A stretch of DNA of 64,000 nt from Antedon mediterranea (taxonomy: Eukaryota; Animalia; Echinodermata), in assembly GCF_964355755.1 (NCBI RefSeq), contig NC_092675.1, forward strand, positions 1,545,812 through 1,609,811. The letters are read 5' to 3'. Both the position numbers and the translations under genes were made by a program. Under the pieces are notes generated by a model, which had not been told where the DNA came from, made no database searches, and saw nothing but the letters and a program-made list of their open reading frames with translations. This document shows, piece after piece, positions 33,001-45,000 of the stretch (position 1 is the stretch's first letter; each line of letters starts with the position of its first letter).

Positions 33001-36000
33001 TAAAAATATAATTCTAACTAAAATAGATTGTTTTTTTTTAATTACTCAGCAGAAAAACTTTCATTGTATTATTATAAATTTGTCAGGTTAGATAAATACA
33101 TAAATATTATATATTGATTTTTTCATTTTCTTCCACGAATCATAGGAAATACTGTAGAAGTATTTGAATTATTTTAACAGTAGGAAGAGAATAATCTTTT
33201 AAGGATTTCCTAAAGTAGTAAGCCATTGTGTTTGTCATGAGATCATCAAACTTATACTACTGTGCATTTTTCTATTCTACTCTATTTGTAAATATGTTTT
33301 TCAAAACATTATTACTAGAATGTAGGCTACTTTATTGCAACATATCAAATGACATCTGAAGTACTGTAGAGTGTAGAATATTCGTACACTGATTCATAAA
33401 TGTTTCAAATATTGTCAGAATCTACTAAAAGACGAAATTACTTAATCATTCTCACTCATCCCTTTTAAGACCCTTTGACCCTATTCTTTCATTATTATTA
33501 TTATTTTTTTTGGCAACAACAATAATATGTATTGACTTAAATATCTTATTCTTCTAATATTAACTATTTAAATAAACCTTATTAAACTCGGACCATCTTA
33601 ACCTTGACAACAGATTTTTGTCAGAATATCTTGTAAACCAATCTAACCTTGTCATATTCTGTTTACAAGCCATATGGAAGTTGTAAAGAATTAGCTCATT
33701 TTAACATACCTGTACAGTACCATGGAAACCCTCAATTAAAGCCTAATTGTCAAGAAACCTTTCCACCAGATGAAGCTTTGATATTTAAGATGAGTTTAGT
33801 TCTGACATCCCCAAAGATAAAAGCTGATATAATTCCCATATTTATTTGGTGATATACTGTAAAACTTTATAGTACTGTAAAAGAAGTAAATATCAAAGTT
33901 TAAAATTATATACAGTATTTGGAATAGAGTCACTGTATATATTTAAATGTATTATTGATTTCTATATTAATAACTCATAGGAATTCTATTATAAATAAAT
34001 TCAACACATTAAAATTGACCACATTGTGCGAAGGGTCAGTTAGAAGATCTGTTATTGGCCTGAAATATGTGACTCACTCGGCATGCTGGGACTGCTATGT
34101 ATGAGCTCGGTTTTAGATTTTAAATAATACGGTTGTGGTTAAAGTTTATGCAGATTCCTATTGGTTATTCTTTAAGATAACTATTGAAAATGATTATTTT
34201 GAAAAATGTAACTTTACACTTACAGTTTTAGTCTCATGCCACAAACATGGAATTCACAAAATAAGCGAACATTACCAACAAACAACATAAAAAGAAATGT
34301 GAGAACATTTATAATTACTAAAAATACATAATCTTTTTTCCATTCAATTATAATGTGTCACTATTCCAAACATGTCACTACCAACCTGACCTAGTTTCCT
34401 ACCTGTCTATTTGGATAGGTTTACTTTTACACAGTTTTGTAAATTATTATGGTATGACATTAATATACAATCATTTTTGATAATGTCGTTTAATCACCAT
34501 ACATTTTAAGACTTTATTACAGATAACCAATATCCAGTGAAAATTCAACCCAACTTGCTGTATAATCGTGAATGCCTTTATTGATAATTTCATACGAGCT
34601 ATTCCTTTGCAATGGTATTAGTAGATATATTGATGTTAAAGGTATTGTATTTACAATTGCTTAGCAACGGTTCCATTGCTACAGCGTCAGTGACTTTAGG
34701 TATTTATTAATTGCTGACATCACATGTTTTCTTGGATAGAAACGTTTGTATTTATCGTTGCAACTAATGGCTTCTTGTGTCTAAGCCTTGAACAAGAATA
34801 TTAATAATGCTTCAGTTGCTATAGAGAAAGGTACCTAACATAAAGTAGTATAAATTGTAGGACTTTCTGAAATAACAGATAATTGACAGTTTAGAGAATG
34901 CATCTTGCAATATACAGTTATAATTAGCACAAGTATATTACATATATTTAATCTGTCATCCACTAAGCCGCTTGACTTTTACTATATACTGTCTCATTCA
35001 TTCGTTCTTTATTTAGATTTTAAAATCACGTTTAAACACTGTACTGGTATGCTGTACCACGATCTGAACAAAATTTAATCTCAATCGAGTCTCAGCAATA
35101 TTTTATGAGGGTGTTCCATCCAGCCAAAGCTCATCATTAGGGACCCTTTAGATAAACAAAATAAAACAATGCAAAAAAAAAATAGAATAAAAAATTGAAT
35201 GAATTAAATGAAATAAAATTAAATTGGCCATTTCATAAGGAAAATAGGAATAGGAAACAACTAAACAAGAATGTTAATGTTGTTATGAAATGTGCATGAA
35301 GTTTACATTTATTATTATTGTTACTAAAAGAATCAATTGTAATAAATAGTCTCATCTGAAAAGTTTATTTAAAAGAAATAAACATGCAATTGCTATTGGT
35401 ACAGTTCTATAGAATACATTATGAAATTTTCATTAATTGTTTTACTATTAAAATATCAGTGTGGTAGACCACAATAAAAATATGGAACCCATTAGTGTAC
35501 AGTATATCCATAATTATGAAATGTACAGTACATCATTGTACAATTGAATATCTTTTGATATGAAGAGCTACAGTACAGAACTTACAGGGATCAGTAAGGA
35601 TATTTGGAGGTTGGTTGAAACTTAATAAGTTAAAGATCATTATACTAAAAGTTCAAATAATACCATCATGATTATTTCAACAGTTTCACGAAATTCATTT
35701 GATTATCTTTTGTCTATATTAAAACTACAGTATGGGTATTCGGAAGTTTACTATTTAACTATTTTTAGGGTTGAAACTAAAATATCACCACCTGTTAATA
35801 AGGTAAAGATTATTATACCAAGGTTCAAATAATACCTTAAGGATTGTTTCAACAGTTATAGTTGTGACAATTTTATGGCCGCGTTTCATTTCAGAGAATA
35901 TTGTCCATGACATGGTACCCGTACCACCAGGTGTTGGTTGACCTGGACCCCAGTGTATAAACTCATTTGTTTTTTCTCATGTTCATGTTCTATGGAATTA

Positions 36001-39000
36001 TAACTTAGGTCCCTTGATATGTACTTTTATGGAATACCTGTTCACAATCAACATACAACAGTAGACACACTTGTTACCTGTGTTTATTCTCTATGCAAAC
36101 ATTTAACAATATAAAATAACTGTTAAGAACACAAGATAGATATACTGTATGTGACAAAAAAAGTTTGATGTACACAAATATGGTAGTGATATGTCCAAAT
36201 ATGGTAAGTGATATGTCCAAATAAGGTACTGATAGGTTATATGTGTTGAAACATCTTTTGGTTGGTTCATTCATAGATTAACTTTTTATCATTGGAGATA
36301 TTAGCTTAATTTCTTATCATTGGAGATACAATTGTCCAACACATATAACCTATCAGTACCATATTTGGACATATCAGTACCATATTTGGAAATATCACTA
36401 CCATATTTGTATTGGCTTCACCTCTTTAATGACTTTTCGACCATAATTGTACTGTATGTACACTATAACAGTCGAAATGTATTATATGTATTATTACTTT
36501 GATAGAATATTTGACTAAACACTTTCTTGAAACAATTAAAAAAAGTTAGAAAAATTTAACAAAGATGTGTTTATTGACTGTTAAATGAATTGAAAGTATG
36601 AAACTATTTGAGTTCACAACCTTTAAATTGAACAATATTGGAAAAGAACCAAACATCTTTACACATTGAAATGCTGCCTTTGAATAGCCACAGGTGGTAA
36701 AAACTAAAAACAAAAAATGTTCATATTCTGTTTATACTGTACAACTCTTCATTAATTTGGAGCATAAACATGTATTTAATTTAAATGTTATGCTTATGCA
36801 ATGCAATTCCAAATAAATTATCACCTTTATTGATTTTTGACACCATTTGATTAAGCTCATAAACAACGGAAAATGTTTACAGTAGGTACTGTAGTGTCTG
36901 ATCAATGAAAATAAGTTGTAGCATACTAGCTTGTAGCATACTAGCTTGTAGCATACTAGCTTGTAGCATACTAGCTTGTAGCATACTAGCTTGTAGCATA
37001 CTAGCTTGTAGCATACTAGCTTGTAGCATACTAGCTTGTAGCATACTAGCTTGTAGCATACTAGCTTGTAGCATACTAGCTTGTAGCATACTAGCTTGTA
37101 GCATACTAGCTTGTAGCATACTAGCTTGTATAAAAAATGTGTTTTCCCAGGGCAAAATTTAGTTATATTATATTATTGTGAAATAGTTAACTGTAATGGA
37201 TTTCAAATACAAACATGAATAATTATTAACTTTCAATTGAAGGTTTTTCCATTAAATGCAGACTCCCGGAGATGAAATCTTCAAGATAGGCATAAACTAA
37301 AGTTAAATAAACTGCTGTTTAGATTTTATACTTCCCACGGAAAAGTTGTAGACTTGTTTAGTTAATGAAACTAAAACTCTCGTCTTTTCAATGATTAAAG
37401 TTTACTGAAGCACGTTATAGCAAGATGTTACCAGCGTCTCATTGTTACTGCAACCTTTCATACATTTGATTTGGTTGTTATTATAAAGGGTTAATTAACG
37501 CTCACGTGCAACAGTAGATGGCGAGGGAATTCATGCGTAAGCATTCGTGTGATGGTTTGATATTTGCAAGCACACACCTGGATTGGGACCGCTTCATCTA
37601 AGTGGTAAATTAGCCGTGCAAGTGTCTTGTATACTTCAAAACTTAGGTGGCTATACCATCTGTTGCAGAAAAAAGCTTGTTTGTATTTATTTTATGCTTT
37701 ATCAGTTTTACAATTTGAGTTGTAAAATATATTGACTGTTTAAATTGTTATGTATCCATATTATATTATTGTATCTTTAACTATGGATGTAAACTATAAG
37801 GAATAATCAATTGAGTATTTGAACGCCAATTTACTGATACCAGGTACTGTATCTCCCTGCTGATAACGGGTCATACCATAGCAAAATCTCACTCTATTAA
37901 TTTTATTATTCATGCCATTTCATGCATTATTTTAGAAGGAAGTACTTTGTCACTATTTAATGTTTAAATGACTTTTTTGTACATTTTTTTCAAGAATGTG
38001 ACAGATTGGGGGTAAAGTATGTTATAAGCAAGTTTTTGGACAGGTGGTACTTTGAAATTGTGCCAACATGATCAATAATGATAAACAATCTATATATCAA
38101 CAAAAAAAGCAGCTTACTCTATCAAATAAATGAAGTACCTAGATTCTGAAATTACAGAAAATTGATTATATTATTGACAAAGTTTGTTTTACATTCTGGA
38201 AAAATGATTGAATTTATATTAGGAGAGGTCAAAAGTCTCGCACATACATATAATTTAGGGTGAGGTTTTCACTTTTTTGTACACCCTATGCTTTAATGGT
38301 AGATAAAATGTTGGCATCTGTAAAATATTTATTGCTTGTGAGCCTACATTGCTGCAATAATTAATTTCGGTAGCCAGATAAAACATTCCATAGTTTATTT
38401 GTCCCATCAACAGGTCCCAGACATGTTTCTGAGTGTGCGCATTAAAGGCCATCACGCTATGTTTTGGTCAAGGAAAATCTGGAATCAGTGCTTTTCAGAG
38501 TGTTTGTGTGGTTTTTTTTCCATTGTTGTATTTTACTCTGGGTTTGTTTCCCATAATTGTTGGCCAAATCATAATTTTGTGTATTTTATATATTCTGCAT
38601 ATTTTGAACATGCACCAGTACTGACATATTAAACCCATAAATATTTCACTAAAATAATTTACAGTAGTGCTTATAAGGCTAAAACATTTTGAGATTGAAT
38701 TTAGATTTTGTAGACACTTTCATTGATGATAAAGAATGTATTTACCGGTACTAGTAGAATTAAGGATGAAGTAAAATGGCACTGACCCAGCCGTAGGCTA
38801 GGATTTTGTGTTCTTGAATTTTGTAAGTTGTGTTTAAGCCTTGTGTAGTGGCATCACTCAAACACTGATCCTACTGTACTCTTATTTGTGGTTAATTGAC
38901 AGAATAAATATTTAGTAATTTAATTTGCTGATTTTAAAGAAAAAGAACTTCACATAACATACTTATTGATGGAGTAATTAAAGCTAACACATTTGTACAT

Positions 39001-42000
39001 TGACAATAAATAGTAACAGAACCCAGAGTATATATTGGTCTTACTTCTGCACATACTTTAAGATGATGAATGCGATTTAGACAGTTTTATAATGTTATTT
39101 ACATGAGAAATGGGCTTAATGTATCTTAATATTTTCAAAAGAATGTTAAAGTACTTTGGAATTGACCTGACAGTTATAAATAGATAGAGATCAATGACCA
39201 TTAAATAGCTAATAGATTTCCAAGAAAATCTACCTTGCTTACTCACCTAATTTACAGATGGGATATCTTATATAAAAACCCACACAATTATGTAAATTTA
39301 ATTTAAAATGTTTGTGCAAGTATAGCCATGATATTAGAATACAGTACTTTAATTATTATAATGATTTAAATATAGTCTCCTTCCATACAATGCAAACAAA
39401 TTTTTTTTTTTTCCCCTCATAATTCATGTATTTTACGAGTGTGTGGAAAATAAAATGATTACTGAAATAAGCACAGTTAATTTTTAAGACATGATAAATA
39501 TGGACATTTATTAAACTTAATATCAAGAATGTTGTAAACGTCTAACTATACAGTAATAACAAAATATAACACTCTGAAATTACACTGGACCTATATTTGT
39601 ATGCCCTATAGAGTAGAACATCTCTTTTGGGATATCCCTATAAAGCTTGGTTCCCACTAGAACGTAACGCAAAGACGTAAACGCAACGCAAGCGTTTTAA
39701 CCAATGACAAGCGAAGTTATAGACAGTTAGCAATCACAAGCGAATAAGCCATCGCTTGTGATTGGTCAATTCACTTGCGTTGCGTTACGTCCTTGTGCTG
39801 CGTCGCTAGTGGGAACCACGCTTTGCCGTTCAAAACAAAAAATTAAGGAGAAACAATCACAAGCCAATATATAATAATATGTACACTAAAGGGTCTTTGA
39901 CCCTTGCTCCGGCAGATAAATTTGAACCTGAATGTTTTGTTTTCACAATGCGCTATAACAGACATTGAGGTTGAATTTTATTTGCCCGAGCCAGAACAGA
40001 CCAGATGTAAAAGACCCTTTACACAATTATTGGGGACACTTATTAAGGAGACACTGACACCTCTATTAAGGGGACACTGACACCACTATTAAGGGGACAC
40101 TGACACCCCTATTAAGGCGACACTGACACCCCTATTAAGGGGACACTGACACCCCTATTAAGGGGACACTAACACTCCTATTAAGGGGACACTGATTAAG
40201 GGGACACTGACACCCCTATTAAGGGAACACTGACACCCCTATTAAGGGGACACTGACACCCCTATTAAGGGGACACTGATACCCCTATTAAGGGGACACT
40301 GACACCCCTATTAAGGGGACACTGACACCCCTATTAAGGGAACACTGACACCCCTATTAAGGGGACACTGACACCCCTATTAAGGGGACACTGACACCCC
40401 TATTAAGGGGACACTGACACCTCTATTAAGGGGACACTAACACCCCTATTAAGGGGACACTGACACCCCTATTAAGGGGACACTGACACCCCTATTAAGG
40501 GGACACTGACACCCCTATTAAGGGGACACTAACACTCCTATTAAGGGGACACTGATTAAGGGGACACTGACACCCCTATTAAGGGAACACTGACACCCCT
40601 ATTAAGGGGACACTGACACCCCTATTAAGGGGACACTGACACCCCTATTAAGGGGACACTGACACCCCTATTAAGGGGACACTCACACCCCTATTAAGAG
40701 GACACTCACACCCCTATTAAGGGGACACTTTGTTGGGTAGGCCTACTGAAGGTCAGTATTATGAATTCCTTAGTATGAAAGTTTTGCAAACTACTGTATT
40801 ATATTACAGATTATGTCATTGTTTACCCATTCCACTTTCTCACTTTCTCTTTCATTGGAAGAAGTATATTATAGTTAGTTTCAAATTGCGCCAAACCTGA
40901 AATGTATTTGTACTCAGTTAGCTAAAATATTATTATATTATTTTTATTAAAACATACCTTTGATATAGGTGCCTAATTGACTACAAAACGTAATACATTG
41001 TTAATGCCATAAAGCCACAGTAAATGGCAATTAATCTATAATTTGTTTCCATTCTGTTGTTTTAATTTTACAATATAATATATATAATGAACTGTGATTT
41101 TAATAAATGTAAATTGTTAAAGAGTTCCATTCAAGTTTAATAATGCGTAAAAGGTCTTGGCTAAAATAACAGTTTACTAAAGAGAAAAGGAAATCCGAGT
41201 CTGTTATTGAATACTGAAACATTTTCTGTTACAATTTTCACGTGAAGTATGAATGGATAAACTAACTAACGAGAAGAAGGGACACTACGCATCAGAGGCT
41301 TCATCTAATGTAATCTTTTCACCTGCAAAGTGTTTATAAGATTAAATTCAATTTAAATTTGTTTTATGCTCAATTGAATCACTAAACATTCTACTTTAAA
41401 GCTGTTTGTTTTTGCAATAGAGAAAGTATACAAGAGGAATAGTTGAATTTGGTAAACCAATAGTCTGAATGAACAAATTATTAATTATAAATACTAGGCG
41501 TTTGAGGGAGGGGGAGAAAAGTTCAAGTAAAAGGGATAAGGGGGCCAGGGATGGGTGTGGTGGTTGTGGCAATAGCAGTGGGGACAAAAAGTCAGAAATA
41601 CATTATGAAGTCGCCCTTAAACTAAACCTAGTATATATCAGTTTGTGTACAATAAATAATTATTAAAATGTTAATAATCCAAAAAGGGAGGAGGCCCAGA
41701 GAGGAGAGATAGTACTGTAGTGAGGGGTAGGAGGCCCAGAGAGGAGAGATAGTACTGTAGTGTAGATAAGGGGGTAGGAGGCCCAGAGAGGAGAGATAGT
41801 ACTGTAGTGTAGATAAGGGGGTAGGAGGCCCAGAGAGGAGAGATAGTACTGTAGTGTAGATAAGGGAGGAAATTACATAAAGTTTCTCTTTGTACTTTAT
41901 ATTGATAATATATTACATTTTTATTTAAGTTATATTAACTTTTTTTTTATTAATTTGTTCTTCTTTTCTTGTTTCACAGCAGCAGAGGAGGGACATGGGG

Positions 42001-45000
42001 AGACGGGGGAAAACTTTTTCCAACGAGTAAGTTTAACATGTTAAAGTTATCAATGTTTGACACAAAAATAATATTGTGAAAGTTATCTATTCCAACATAT
42101 AATATATGTTGTGATCTTATATGTTAAGTATAAAGCTAAGTGCACGTTACTATTGTGTTTGACTAATAACAACACAATCTGTTCAGTATGATTATTAAGT
42201 TAATTATTTTAGCTATCCTTCTAGTTACCTAGGTGATATTTTGAAGAAGGAATTTTTTTTCAAATTATTGCTTTAGTATTATGAAAGATTTGAAATTGAC
42301 ATTGTTTGTTATTTAGCTATAATAATAATAATAATTTAGAACTGTTCATAACATGTCATTATATTATTACTATAAATAGTTAAGTTTAAATGATTGTACA
42401 GTGATAAATTATAGTGATTAATGGTAGGGCCATATTGTTCATAAGTACATTAACACTTTGACTGCCAGAGGTTTTTCCAGTTAGAAACTGCCACCGCCAG
42501 TGTTTTTAGCCCCATTCGATGTTTTTATTAAAGCTGATTGAAACCATGTATGTGATCTGATTTATATGTAATTTAGACTAAAATAATCATAAAGATTTTA
42601 GGTTTACAATGGTACCAAGAACGATTTTTAAATCGCAATATGTAAATCGTAATAGTAAAATGAAAGTAACCCACTTTTTGAGTTTTTCGCGATTTTGTGC
42701 AAGACATCACAATATGAAAATATCGCCCGGTGAGATCAACAAACAACGAAAAAGTTACTTACACGGCACCGATAGGCCTATAAAAACAAGTTATCACTAT
42801 CGAAAAATGTATTACATTTTATAAATCATAAATCTTACATCAATGTTTCGCCAAAATTCACATAGTAAAGACACCAGGCCTAGTTAACCAGGCCTAAAGT
42901 TGGTCCGGAACCGTTTTACGACTAGGCCTAGGCTAGCTTAGTACTACTAGCCTAGATAGTAAACTGATGATAATATCCATACCATTTCAAAACAAGTTTG
43001 TTGCGTGAAACTCGGTCACTTTCAGTAAAACACCAAAACAATTAGGGTATACATACAATAATAAAATTAAAGATTTCATATTGAAATGACTCCATTATTT
43101 TTTATTCAGATAACAAACAAACATGTCAATCCACAAAAACCTTTGTAATGCTTCGGCGGCATAGCTAGCGCGCGACGGATACACAATGCGCCAAGCCATC
43201 GCTCTACGCGAGAACAGTCGTTCGTAACCAGATTAGTTACTTTCAAATTGTAAAATATTGACGGTCCAGACCGAATATAGTGTTCATATTTATAGTATAT
43301 ACCAATAATTAACCTATCTACCGAATTTCGTAAAAAAACGCGAAAAACGAAGATCTTCGTGTTTGGCAGTCAAGCGTTGTGTTTCCAAAAACGAAGATCT
43401 TCTTGTTTGGCAGTCAAAGTGTTAAGGGAGGTGGGTTTCCTCTACATTTAAAATTAAAAATAGAAACAAAACAAAACTGACACTGTTGTATATGAATATG
43501 AGGTAATTGTGTTGATGTACTGTGTATTATGTCTAGGCCTATATGCTTTAAAAGTTTACCATTCAATTATTGTTTACACCATGTTGTTGTCCTAATACTG
43601 ACTATTGATTTACTTGCCATCTTACAACAAAGACATAAATAATTTCTCTGTACATTATTTTCATCAAGTTGAAATGTATTTACTGTAATACCTCTTTCAT
43701 ATTTGAATACATTATTAATATACAGACCAGGTGCTTTGGTTCTCACAATACTCTTAGTTTACCATTGCAGTACTGTACATCAGTTCTTAAGATAGACTTT
43801 AAGCTTCTGACAATACCAGTCTCTACAGGGTAGTGATGCAACATACAAGAACACTCTTGCAATAACTTCCCTCCTTATGTAAACACTTTGTTCGGTCCTA
43901 AAGGTGTCCCCTTGATAGGGGTTCTAGTATATTTATATATTAGTTTAGAACATCAAACTGTTTATAAAAAGAAAACAAATACTCAAGCAACTAGCCTTTA
44001 GGCCAAATTTTCTATTAAAACCTTTCCTCTTTTCCTCCTTTATTTCCATAATTTTCACATTCATAATCATATCAATAGGTTCAATTAGCCTTTAGTGGAC
44101 ATTTAATGATAGTATGAGTGTATCGCCGTACGCAAAATATGAAACATTGATGAGTGTATCACCGTACACAAAATATGAAACATTTCATCATGATATTAGC
44201 GTTTTAAGACCCAATGGAGCCCAAGCACCTTCTTTATTACTAAGGATAAATACAGCCTTGAACAAGACGGTCATGCTGGGCTAAGCCTTCCTGGACCAAT
44301 CATGTAAAAGAATATTGATTACATCGGAGACAAAACAAACGACAAATACATTTCATGGAAATTTGCTAAGTAATGGCAATTCAGTGTCGCGTATCAACCT
44401 GGTCTTGCTGTTCCTAATTTCATATATAAACAAAGCAGAGAATGTTTTCATGTTTTTATGAACATTTTGACAAAAATTGTCCAAGGTTTCCCAGTGAGAC
44501 AAAATATTATAACAATATTAAATCAATTGTAAGATTGTCGTTTCTTCTACTACTTTTATTGGTTGTCATCATCATTTTAAATATGTTAAAATTGTATGAT
44601 TTGAAGGTGTCTTCTAGAATAACAATTTATAGATGTTAAAATGGGTAAATATCTTGCTCCAATTAAAGAATACTAAATAATAAAGTTGTTTTAAGGAGCG
44701 CAATCATTATATAAGCTTTAATTAGGCTAAGCATAAAAAATAAAGTCTGTATTACCAACAATTATGTTTGGAAACTGTTTTATTTTATGGGATATGGATT
44801 TGAAAATGTTCGTATGAACTGACCATATTTAAGCGTGGTTCCCACTAGCGACGCAACGCAAGGACGCAACGCAAGGACGTAACGCAACGCAAGTGAATTG
44901 ACCAATCACAAGTGATGGCTTATTCGCTTGTGATTGCTAACTGTCTATAACTTCGCTTGTCATTGGTCAACACGCTTGCGTTGCGTTTACGTCCTTGCGT

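Noticed and set aside
37783-37843. ATG and donor-like site as another coding first exon of BICC1
   Set aside because: The phase-compatible frame has a TAA stop before the donor, so it cannot be coding.
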